NCBI GenBank assembly: GCA_043228905.1
Contig: JBHGNT010000020.1
Coordinates: 434,001 to 498,000, forward strand
Origin: Azolla caroliniana
Taxonomy: Eukaryota > Plantae > Polypodiophyta
Direction: 5' to 3'
DNA: 64,000 nucleotides
Shown piece by piece: positions 1 to 11,400 of the stretch (its first letter is position 1; every line of letters starts with the position of its first letter). The notes under the pieces were generated by a model that saw only the letters and a list, made by a program, of their open reading frames with translations, was not told the DNA's origin and made no database searches. Made by a program: the position numbers and the translations under genes.

Positions 1-559
1 CACAAGAGCTAATATCCAATCACTTCAGTTGATATCATCTACCCTTAATATGTTATAAATAATATAGTCCATAACATTATGTGTTTGAGATCGATGCAAC
101 CTCACCCAATTGTGTTTCTTCCCAATGGTTTGAATTATGGCGAGTTTTCCACATATTTTAGACACATTCATGTCGGGCATTGGGGAACACCAATTTCATC
201 ATGGAAGCAACCAAGAGGGTTTGTTAAAATATCTAAATATCTAGCATCACTATCTATCTAAAATTTAAAAAAACAATGTCTCATCTCCAAATTATGCTAA
301 TATACGGATAAAATTGTTAGGTGAATGTTAAATTGGAACCAACACACAAGACAATCAATCATTGCATTTCAAGTACTCTTTATTCATCACACAAGTCATA
401 TGTGCTAAAAGAAAGGAATGGCATTCACATCATTTAGATGGGGCATTCAGAAGTTGGTCATATGTGCTCAAAAGGGTTTAGGAGCCCTACTTGGACATCT
501 AGTCAATTGGAGGAAACTTTGAGTTGGCCTATTGGTTTACATTGCGGTTTTGCAAATGA

Positions 560-1400
560 ATAGGGTTCCCCCTTATGCTAAGGTATTCGGATTCATGCAT
601 AACCAAGGCATTCATTTATGTCGACCAATGTATCCATATACCGTGGTCAATGTATGAATCCATCAATTGATAACCCCATGAAATGATCTTTCTAGTAGGC
701 CAACTTTGTGATAATAATTGTTTTTGGTATAATTTAGGTATTATTGGCTATAGGTGCCATAGTTCTTATCGCAAATTTGTTTCTTTTATCATGTCAAAGG
801 GGTGTGCGGTATCATAAGGTTAGCAAGTCCTCAAAATTGAGGCCCTAAATGCTATAAGCCAACAAATGTTGGAATCAAGCTTGAGATTTGAGTAACCAAC
901 ATCTTCATGCTACAATGACCTCATCAAGAGGAAAAATGTGATTAAATTCAAGTGCATACAAATATAACGAGGCTAGATTCAAACTTATGCTAATTTTAAT
1001 GAATGTGTGAACATGTATGTGATAAGGATAAATTTAAATATGGCATCAACCTCATTAAAATCTCAAAGTCTCTTGCCATGCATTAAATGGTGTAAATTTA
1101 AGTTAATGGTTATGCTCACCCATGTTTATTCAACTTTGACATTCTTAGTCTATTAACTTTCCCAACACAAAAGTTGGTTAGGAGTCCTACCAAAAAAACA
1201 TCTGAATGTTGCATGATGTTTGTGAAGTCTTCTAAGTTCACATGACTTCTTACGAGACACTGATAAAAAAGGCTAAAAATCCACTCATGATTGTTCATAT
1301 TCAATGTGCATTGCAACCATGTATTTGCCAATAGGTTTTATTAAATGGATGAGGTCATGCCAAATTTCATTTAGAATCTATTCAAATAGAGAACATATAT
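560..1400 (-). mobile_element. Highly degenerate Copia RT/RNase H remnant (tentative)
   Basis: Minus-strand fragments translate to MKFGMTSS and FTNIMQHSDVFLVGLLTNF (cf. Copia YLTITRPDISxAVGLLSQF). A CDKN..IANN-like stretch (cf. CDNQSAI..NP) and a purine run AAGGGGGAA lie further on. Many stops; boundaries uncertain. Confidence 0.3.
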
Positions 1401-1879
1401 AATAGATTCATTGACATTTTTTATCTGGTTCATCAAGGACAGCATGTTCAATGATAAGTAGTCCTATTAAGACACGATGGAACAAGCTAGCTAAGTTAGA
1501 ATAACCCTCTAAGTATGGCCCCTAGAAATAATTTAATCGAATCTAGGGAAATTGTCAAATTAGATCTTCTAAGATAATGTTGTCTTTCATTGGTTAGAAG
1601 CTAATAGCAACATGCTAGAACATGCATAAGATCATATTGGCATAGCTTCCAGGTAATTGTGTTGTTCATGAAATCACGAACTCGGGGATTATTCAATGCC
1701 GGTGATCTCATAATTGATTAACACTATGAAGTACATCAAAAGTGATCAATTATTGATGAAACCCGAGGTGTTCTAGCAGGTATCAGCCAAGAGATACATA
1801 GTCGTCTCTATTGAAATGATGTATCAAAAAGATGTGAAGGGTCATCTTAAGGACAAAGAAAACTCCTTTCAAGTTTGGA

Positions 1880-3632
1880 ATCATTGTGTGTCCTCAAAGA
1901 TTTGCTGCCTTGGAATGCCATCATCAAAGATTACATCAAACATGGTAAGCCAAATGATGCTCCCTATGCATATGGAAGTCATGCATAGAGAAGAGTCGCT
2001 ATTATTTGGATAGTTTGTGCTAATGTCTAGCACAAAGACATGAACAAAGTGTACCATTTACACACTTGGATTTCGGAAAGACGCGTGCTCAGAAGAGAAT
2101 ATGTTGGTTGCTCCATCGATTACGCCGTTGTCAGTACATATTATAAATGTGGTTCACTTAATGAAGTTCAACAAATCTTCGATTCCTTTGAAATTCAAGA
2201 TGTGGTTACCTGGAATGCTTTTATTTCCAGATACATGCACCTTAAATGCTTTAATGAAATATGGGTCTTGTTTCAATGTATGCAACTTAGGGGAATCCTT
2301 CCAAATGATGCAACGTTCACTCATGCCTTGAAATCATGCAGCAAACTCGGATTGACCAGAAAGGGTGCTCAATTACATGCCATGATTGCTGCAAAAGAAG
2401 ATCCATTGAAATCAAACCCTTTTGTTAGAAGTGCCTTGGTTGATATGTATGCCAAATGTAACACTCTCCAAGACGCAAGAGAAATCCTCGATTCGCTTCT
2501 GATCTGAGATGTCGTCACATGGAATACACTTATTACGGGATATGTCCAACATGGACATGGTAAGGAAGCATTACATTGTTTTGATCGGATGCGCAGGGAA
2601 GGTGTATATCCAAATGCTGTTACATTTGCATGCATTCTAAAAGCCTGTGGCATAACTGGAGATATTGCAAAAGGCAATGAGGTGTATATCGAGGCTGCTA
2701 AAACAGGGCATCTTGATACAAATCTCTTCATTGCTAGTGGATTGATTGACATGTATGTGAGATGTGGTTCACTCGCAAAAGCACAAGCAGTGTTTGACAC
2801 CATTTCTAATAGAAACATTGTGGTATGGAATTCACTCATTGCGGGATATGCACAACATGACCACGGTGAAGAAGCACTTCATTATTTCGAAAGAATGCAA
2901 CAAGAGGGTTTATGTCCAACTGCCATAACATTTTCTTGTAGTTTGAAAGCATGTGGTAGTGCTTCTACCACGGCTGCCAAAAAGGGCCGTGCAATACATG
3001 CTGACATTGCTCGAAATGGTCTCCTGGGAAAGAACATTTTTATTGGAAGTGCATTGGTAGACATGTATGCCAAATGTGGTGAACTTGCACAGGCACAAGA
3101 AGTATTTGATATGCTTCCAGAACGGAATGTTGTTACATGGGGTGCCCTTATCACTGCATATTCTCAGCTAGGAAGGGCAGAAAACACTCTCTCCATCTTC
3201 AATGAAATGATCAAACAAGGGAACAAGCCGGATCGAGTTGTATTCCTTAGCATTCTCAATGCCTGCAGTCATGCGGGCATGATTGACAAGGGTCAAACGT
3301 ATTTTGAGGCTATGAGTGTACAATATGGTATACCCAGTACAATGGAGCATCATACTACTATAATTGACCTACTAGGTAGAGCTGGTCAGTTGGAATGGGC
3401 TTTGGAAATGATGATGAAAACACCATTTCATCCTACTAATGTCATGTGGCTTGCACTTCTAGGTGCTTGCAGGAAATGGCATAATGTAGAAGTTGGTCGA
3501 TATGCGTTTGACCAAGCAGTGCGATCCAATGATAAAGAAGATGCAGTATATGTTTGCATGTATAACATCTATAGTGATGTTGGCATGGTGGAGGATGCCA
3601 GGAAAGTGGAAGACATGCTTATGAAACAATGA
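1880..3632 (+). pseudogene. PLS-class PPR gene with E-like C-terminus; disrupted 5' half (probable pseudogene or N-truncated gene)
   Basis: ORFs 2040-2507 and 2589-3632 are in the same frame, separated by one TGA (2505-2507) in LLI*DVVTWNTLITGYVQHGHGKEAL. Repeated LVDMYAKCG / VVTWNALI motifs; C-terminal EHHTTIIDLLGRAG..WLALLGACRKW..YVCMYNIY; no DYW domain. A further degenerate motif KDLLPWNAIIKDYIKHGKP lies at ~1897-1955. Confidence 0.85.
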
Positions 3633-4410
3633 TCTAATAGCTAAGTTTCATTGATGTCTGTTGTCTATTAGAATTTAGGTACCCAGTTAATTGTTGTTAA
3701 GATGCCCTATAGTATTCTTTTGGATAGATTCTTGTCATGGAAGTGTCACTCACAACCTATTCTCATGGAACTCATCATCAGGTATCATGGATAAGGATGA
3801 TAAAATGACAATGTTTTGATAATAGTTTCAGTGAGTTTAGATAATAGTTTGTACACATTATTGGGCCATTTGGCTCATTTGGAATGCAAAGTTCCCTTGG
3901 AGATGTCGTAGCAAATCTGTCTGATTGCAGATAAACATAACTTCTCTCTCCTCTTCTTCTCTTATGCCAAGAGTCAATCAGTAAACTTTTATCTAGTTCA
4001 GTTAATTCCTCTCTTCACAAAGCATTTCCAGTATAGAAGACCATGGGCAAGCTTCACTCTTGATAAAGAGAAAGGGCATAACTCCTTGGGCTTATGATTG
4101 CATCCTTATCTCCCAAATCCTTTCGGCTAAGTGTAGAAGGTTTTTATGTTCGTTTCCTTTTTAATACTTTAGCCCTCTTATATTTGCCCCATAATCTAAT
4201 TTTCAATACAAAGCTATCCAATCATTATGGAGATAGCCTGTTTTCTGTGGCTTTCCATCATTACTTTGTGTGGCAAAGGAGTTTCTAAGTTTGCGTTTCT
4301 CCTCAGTAGAACCTCAATTTTTGTAATGAGAATTGAACTCCTAGCATATGACTTCAAACTGCAAAGATCTAAACCATTAGGTCAATCTTTTGTGAGAAGA
4401 CAAATAAAGA

Positions 4411-6153
4411 TTAATCTTCCATACCACCCTCAGCTGCATAGATATCACCCATATAGACATAAGATGCAGCATGGTCTACATCTAATTGTGTTGCACATCC
4501 AAAAGCTAATTTCCCAAGTCCAACATTTCCCCATTTCTTACAAGCACTCAAAACTGTATGCCACACTGCAAGATCTGTCGAGAATGGAATCCCATTTATT
4601 ACTATTTCAGCACCATTGAAATGGCCGGCACGCCCAAAAAGACCCACCATGCATGTATGATGTTCTAATGTAGGAACAAGTCCATATTTACTATTCATAG
4701 TCTCAAAGTATATCTGTCCCTTCTCCAATAAGCCAGAGTGGCTACACGCGTTCAAAATGATAGTGAATGTCGCTGTATCTGGTGGCACGCCTTCCACAAT
4801 CATTTTGTCCAGAGAGTGGAAAATAATATCATGCTTTCCAAGTTGAGCATATCCAGCCATTAACACATTCCATGAGACTACATCCTTGACAGGATGCTCA
4901 TCGAATATTTCTTGTGCTTCTAGGAGAGCACCACATTTGGCATACATATCAACCAAAGCTGTATAGAGCAAAAAGCTATTGTCTAAAAGTCCCTCTCTGG
5001 TTATCTCATCATGTATTTCTTGGCCTTTACAAGTGGCTCCAACGTGGCCGCAAGCTTTTAAGATTGAAATATACGTAACCGCATCTGGCAGCAACAGACA
5101 TTGACGTTGCATTTTTTGGAAACAGTCCAATGCTTCTTCATCATGACCATGCCTTACATATGATGTGATTATGGCATTCCATGCAATCGAGTCTTTAGCT
5201 GGAAGGTTATCAAGAACATCCTGAGCTTTTGAAAACTCGCCACATTTCGCATACATATCCACCAATGCATTCCCAATGGATGCATTTTCAAAATGCAAAC
5301 CTTGCCTTACGATCTCATCATGCAGTTCATGGCCTTTCTCTACCTCTCCGATACTCCCACAAGCTTTCAATAGGCAAACAAATGTGACTGGATCCGGCAA
5401 AAGTCCTTTAAACCTCATTTGTGTATAACAACCCAATGCTTCTTTGCTTTGCCCATGATCAACATACCCCGCAATCAATGCATTCCATGTCGCAACATCA
5501 TGAAAATAAAGTGCATTAAATACTCTTTTTGCACTAGAAAGTTCACCACATTTGGCATACATATCCACCAATGTCGTAGAAACCAACACATTTCCACCCA
5601 GAAAATCACAGTCAATTATCTCAGAATGGATAGTGCGGCCCTCGTCGCATGCCCCCATGCTAGCACAAGCTTTCAAAGCACAAACAAAGCTTATTGGTTT
5701 AGGCGAGATACCTTCGTGTTTCATACATTCAAAACAAACAAGAGCATTTTTACCATAGCCATGTTGAGCGTATCCTGAGATTAAAGCATTCCAAGTGACA
5801 ACATTTCTCCTTGGAAGTTCGTCAAATACTTCCCTAGCTTTCCGAAGATCGCCACATTTGGCATACAAACTCACCAAAGCAGTACCGAGGTAAACATTGT
5901 GTTGAAGTATACCCTTTTGGGTAATCTCCGAATGTATGATCCTCCCCTTGTTCAAGTCGTTCTTATCAGCACATGTCTTCAATAAAGCCACAAGGGCACG
6001 ACCTTCGGATTCATTTTCATCTTGGGCTTCAGGGGAGCTACCATGGGTTCTCCTGATCTGTAGCTGTGAGGAGAAGAAATTGCGGGGATGAATATGAAGG
6101 CCTTCCTCTGTTTCAGCCCTAATCGGATGATGGGTCAGCAATGGTTTTTCCAT
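4411..6153 (-). CDS. PLS-class pentatricopeptide repeat protein with E-type C-terminus (organellar RNA-editing factor family), 580 aa, intronless
   Basis: Intact ORF with repeated P-L-S triplets (LVDMYAKCG, VVTWNALISGYAQHG, PDPVTFVCLLKACG). Ends EHHTCMVGLFGRAG..VWHTVLSACKKWG..ASYVYMGDIY; no DYW domain. Confidence 0.93.
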   Translation of the reverse strand: MEKPLLTHHPIRAETEEGLHIHPRNFFSSQLQIRRTHGSSPEAQDENESEGRALVALLKTCADKNDLNKGRIIHSEITQKGILQHNVYLGTALVSLYAKCGDLRKAREVFDELPRRNVVTWNALISGYAQHGYGKNALVCFECMKHEGISPKPISFVCALKACASMGACDEGRTIHSEIIDCDFLGGNVLVSTTLVDMYAKCGELSSAKRVFNALYFHDVATWNALIAGYVDHGQSKEALGCYTQMRFKGLLPDPVTFVCLLKACGSIGEVEKGHELHDEIVRQGLHFENASIGNALVDMYAKCGEFSKAQDVLDNLPAKDSIAWNAIITSYVRHGHDEEALDCFQKMQRQCLLLPDAVTYISILKACGHVGATCKGQEIHDEITREGLLDNSFLLYTALVDMYAKCGALLEAQEIFDEHPVKDVVSWNVLMAGYAQLGKHDIIFHSLDKMIVEGVPPDTATFTIILNACSHSGLLEKGQIYFETMNSKYGLVPTLEHHTCMVGLFGRAGHFNGAEIVINGIPFSTDLAVWHTVLSACKKWGNVGLGKLAFGCATQLDVDHAASYVYMGDIYAAEGGMED

Positions 6154-6230
6154 ATGTGATTTCTGACAGTTACATATATGATGGTGATCTATGGTTTTCT
6201 CTGGCTAAGGGGTAATGTTGTGTTTTTAGA

Positions 6231-6322
6231 AATATGCCAAAAATGCCCCTATCTCTGGCCAAAATACTCCTATATTTGGCCATGCCAAAAATGCCCCTAT
6301 ATCTGACCAAAATACCCCTAAA
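6231..6322. repeat. Short degenerate tandem repeat (CCAAAAATGCCCCTAT / CCAAAATACCCCTA), resembling Mutator-type terminal subrepeats
   Basis: About 4 copies at ~20-24 bp spacing, starting ~80 bp upstream of the PPR ATG. Confidence 0.5.
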
Positions 6323-6324
6323 CT

Positions 6325-6640
6325 TGTCCACTATCTCATTGTCCGCGGTCCGTTCACATAATTGAATCCATACAATAGAGCTCACATTCTCTTCAACCTG
6401 AGATGGGAAGCATTGGGCCATTATCACGACCCGACTCGCCCAATTGTTGTGCATGTTTTGCCTTGAATGAGTTCGTGAGTCCTTGCCTGACCATCACACT
6501 TTTGTTGTACATTGCCCCACCTTCGATCGCATTTTGAGTTTTCCATCGTTGCTCACTCACACATGTATCACTTGAAATGTAACATTTTTGGTCTCATAGG
6601 TCATATTTGGCTTCCGAAGATGATAATATAATCTCTCTCT
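6325..6640 (+). mobile_element. Degenerate 3' fragment of the same LINE family as 46636-48392
   Basis: GAAATGTAACATTTTTGGTCTCATAGGTCATATTTGGCTTCCGAAGATGATAATATAATCT aligns with the 3' UTR of the LINE at 46636-46700 (-). Upstream sequence matches the SHALRCETGRW and zinc-finger region, with a deletion. Confidence 0.8.
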
Positions 6641-6693
6641 CTATCTATATCTATATCTATATCTATCTCTCTATCTATATCTATATCTATCTA

Positions 6694-6729
<36 letters not shown>
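6632..6729. repeat. Compound microsatellite (CT)n-(CTATAT)n-(AT)n at the LINE 3' end
   Basis: Read directly from the sequence. Confidence 0.95.
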
Positions 6730-6730
<1 letters not shown>

Positions 6731-8417
6731 TAAATAAGCCTTGTTTCTTCAAGAAATCATAAGTCTTGGTATGCACTTGTCCAGCAATTCGTACATCATC
6801 GCAACAAACTATGCATTTCCACAATTGCATAGCCTCATACCATCAAGGCACCTAACATGAACAATTACGATATCTTGAGTTTGACAATACAATCCTCTCT
6901 CATCCCCAATCCTTTTGGCTCTCAACATGGACAAAAACAATAGAAGTACTATATTGACATGTTCCTCAAATCATACAAAGGCTCATGCATCATCAAAAGG
7001 AAGTATAAAGTTCACATACACTACGCTTCACAAAGTTGAGGTCAAGAGCTATAGCCAATATCACCCTAATTCTTTAGAAATTTCTTGGTCATGTAACGAT
7101 TCAAGAATATGGTAAATGACAATATTTAATATTTTTGCTTTCCTCTCATTCATTAACTTCTTTCGCTTTGTCCTTATGATCATCAAAAGCCAAAAGGGTT
7201 GAAGTAGGAATTATTGTCTCTACAACTCTATTCATCACTCAACTACACTACCATCCTTTTGTGTTTGAATATTAGTTCATTATAGAAGTTGACAACTTTC
7301 ATATAACTCAATCACAATGGAATTGGTGTGTCCACAGTTCACACTTACTACCTCCTCCATGTAGATATTTATGTTGACCAATTGACACCAAGAGTAGCAC
7401 TAGATGCACTCTTAGTTACACCCAATCGGTCCATCACAAATACTGAAATCCAATTCAACATAAAAATACTAGTCAGCTAAGAATCAATCAAGTACATGAT
7501 GAAAGAAAGGTGGATGTGCATCCATACTTGGGCATGACATAATTCCCACATGGCATGCTAATATATCAATATCATGCTCTACAAGGAGTCGTCACACTTG
7601 CCCATTATTATATATGACTATTATGCTTAATGAAGAAACAATAGAATCAACCACTACAAGACCTTTTCTAGTAGATTGAATATCATTAGTCAACATTAAC
7701 CACAAAAACGACCAGTATCCAACAATTGTAAAATCAAACCTCAAATACTGGTGAAAACACAATCTAACATCATAGTACATAACACTTTGAAAATATAATA
7801 ACATTCTTACAGAACCACATTGAAATTAATCCAATCTGCTACTTCCTGAGTTCATTAGTGTTTTGACAAATATATCATCAGTTGTCAGAAAAAGTCAACA
7901 AACTATGCTAAATGAACAAAGACTTGCAAAACACTAAATGCAATCCAATGGTTAGAAACAAAGCGAAATGAAAGCATTATATCCCAAGACATTACAAATT
8001 TGCGGGATGTTTACATTCTCAAAATTGGCAATGTGCCATGTTGCAAAATTGCATAAGTGTGTATATATATATGTGCATGGTATGTATGTATGGCGGAATA
8101 CTCCCATTGCCTGATTTGGTTTATATAAATGACTGAACATCACCTCAACAATGGAAAGAAATTGAATCGATGTACAAAGTGTCATATCCGATACAGGATT
8201 TCCACTTGCCCAAAAAATGTAGTTCCTTTTGTAGGTAATCGAACACTTAATAACATGCCAAAAATGTGGTATTTCACATGGATGATGTTCTTTTAATTTC
8301 GAGGTTTTCTTCCATATCTATATGCCGAACCTTCAGAACAATGCTGATGCCAAAAAATAAGTTTTCTTATTGATATCCATCCACTCAAAAAATTGAAGAT
8401 GACGATATTTTTGAGCT

Positions 8418-11400
8418 CTACAGTTGCCAATTCACTTCTGGAATAATTTCCGAAATGCTTTCTGATCTGAGGTGTTCATTAAACACTTTTACTCGTTCGG
8501 ATTCAACCAATGATTGCTATCAAAGAAACCCACAAAGAAAATTAAAGGAATATATGTGTACATGTTTATATTATTCAGGGAATCAAAACAACAATTTACT
8601 ATTAAGAAATGATGCACATAATTTTATTGAGATTTTACCGGGAAACATTGAGAATTTGATGATTGCATTCCATGCATTAGTGAATTATCTGTTGAGAATG
8701 AATTGATGCTTGACAGCCATTGAGATGATAATCCATTTCCTTCTGCTGGAAATGTTAGGTATGATGGTTCAGCATCATCATCATCATCATATCCCACCAA
8801 ATTTAGGCACTTTCCTTCAGTTTCATTGCTCATGATTTCACTCTTTGTTCCACTACAATCTTCATAAGCCACATCTCTAAATTTACTGCACATATCACTC
8901 GAGCCTTCTAATTGCATTTGAACCTTCAAATAGTCTAATGCATTGTCCGTAGCTCTGTTGCTTTTTCATCAAACAAAAGAAAGCCCACAGTTCCTTCACA
9001 GTGAGCATTACCAAACAAAGCATTTAAAAGTTGCAAAATGTAGATTTAAGTAGAGACTGACCAACCTTTCATACAGCACCGGTTTGTTGAGGTGAAATGG
9101 TAAATTGTTGGTCATATGCTCTGTCTCGGATGGCCTTTGCATTGATGAATACAGTTCAAGATACTTCTGTAGTGTAGTACATACATATGAGTTCAAACAC
9201 TCCCTTAATTAAATACCACAAATGCCAAGTAAAATCACTTATGACGGTAGAAAACACAGAAATACCCCTACAACTCGCAGGATTACAGATTGGCCCTAAG
9301 TTTTCCCTTCTAATATTAGCCATTTTTATACTGCATAAGATTAATTTAGTAATAATTAAAAAATCAGGTGTACTCTGGTAATTGTCAAACACTTAGGAGG
9401 ATACTGGTAGCTGCTGAAAACTTAGCAGTGTTCCGAACATTGCTGAAGACTTCGGGGTATTTTAGTTAAATACCCAACAAGTTTCAGGGGTATTTTAGTG
9501 TTTTCCCAAATAAAGATACACCACTGAGCACTAAGTAAACTAAAGGTACTAAGACTGCAATAAATTATCAAACCTGTTGTTCCATGGTGTGGATGTAAGG
9601 GACAAAGTACTGACTAGATTCCGTAATTCTCTATATGTATAAAAAATATGTTCAATAACATGAGATATTCTTTACCTCATGCTTATATATATAAATATAT
9701 ATATAAGAATTAAATTGAATTTTTACCTTTTGTATCTGTATTTCTTGAAGTTGATTCAACAAAAATTCCTGTAAGTTATTTGCATCTTCAATTGTGTGGA
9801 ATGACTCGTATTTTCTTCAAAAACAACACAGGCAAGATTTTAAGGCTACTGAAAGTTTTAAGCTTTAGATTTGCGCATATGTAGCGCTGGTAAGAAAAAT
9901 ACTCGAAAAGACACCCAACAATAGGCAATAAGCAATGCACAAAGCTAAGCTAGAGCCTGATGATTGAGCAATAACACACACATAGTAATCACAATTTATG
10001 GGTGCAAATTAGTTTAAATTTCAGATTACATTTTCTATGATGAGAAGATATCTCATGATTCACAAAATTCATGCATGGCCATGAAGATGATGAATCATCG
10101 CATAACACAACTCATGCATATTTTCAGAATATATTATGTTGCACAAATGCATGGAAATAATGGGAGCTTCAAAATAGTTTAATAGGAAATCAGGACTTGC
10201 ATGCAATTCCAACCAGAAAATTGCAACCACATTAGCTAAATGTGCCCATCAACAAACAATTTCCATTTGCCACCAAGTTTGAACATTAGGACCCCTGAAA
10301 CTCTCAGTTCGGTATAAACGGAGAAAGTTACATGCAAATGACAGGCATAAGAATTTCTTCAGGAAATTTTGCCTTGAACCTCATTGGGTCCAAGCTCTAG
10401 ACTCTAAATTAATCAATAAATAAAATCATACAACTTTCCAACGCAGGGTTGCATTAAATGCATCACCCTCAAGAGATGTATAATTGATTTCCCATATGCA
10501 TTAGTCTTTTCAATATCTTCCCAAATTCGAAAATGACATACATCTTCTCAATATATATCTCCATGTAGCAGTTCAAAACCAACAGAGACAAAATGAAATC
10601 ATCATTAATGAAGTGTTACCTCAAAAGCACCAAAAGGTGTTATTCTTTTAGAAAGCTAAGCATTAAGCTGAAAAGAATCTGCCGAGTCTGTTTGAAGAAT
10701 TCCTACTAAAGATCTCAATGCTTTTGACTTCATTTGTATCAATGCATGCAGAAAAAACTTTTTCCTTGCCTTACAAAGCCTTATGTTGCATCCGGGTTCC
10801 TTCATGATATGGATTCTCACTTTTTCTAAAGCATTCTTGTAACTTTCCATTACACTTGATTAATGAAGCATGTTAACTTAATCTACTCATTCTTTTGCTT
10901 AATATTGCAGGTGTGTGCTAGTCCAACATATCCTCGCATTCTCAACAAATGCTTTCAAAGCCAAGTTGGATTTCTTTCTCGATCCTATTCTCTTCATGGG
11001 CAAATGGGAGAGCGAGGAAACAGTCAACCTGCAGAGTGGCACACGCAATGGTGATTTCCACTGTTTTTACATCTGCAACAAATAAATTTTGTCCAATTTG
11101 GATTTCTGGTTTCACAACCAGACAAGATCTGTAGCAATTCCAATATAATTAATAACACAACAATGTCAGCTACTTTTGCTAGTCCTTTTTCACACATGGT
11201 GCTCTTTGGCTGATTATCTTCCAGTCTTTATTAAGATTGCTCCTTAGCCCTGAAGGACTACTATTTAGCTCTAAATGATTGTTTTTAAGAGTGTTATTTG
11301 GCCCTACACGATTTCTACATTGGTTTAACAGAACACTGATATCCATGGTATGCTTCTAGCGTAGAGGATTAGTTGGATGGTGCTAACTATCCAATGAACA

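Noticed and set aside
3632-4411. DYW or DYW:KP deaminase domain downstream of either PPR gene
   Set aside because: I found no PG-box or HSE..CxxCH motif by eye in this interval.
10656-10850. [14 protein letters not shown] as a K-domain exon of the MADS gene
   Set aside because: No convincing splice sites; 9814-9727 fits the phase and the motif better.
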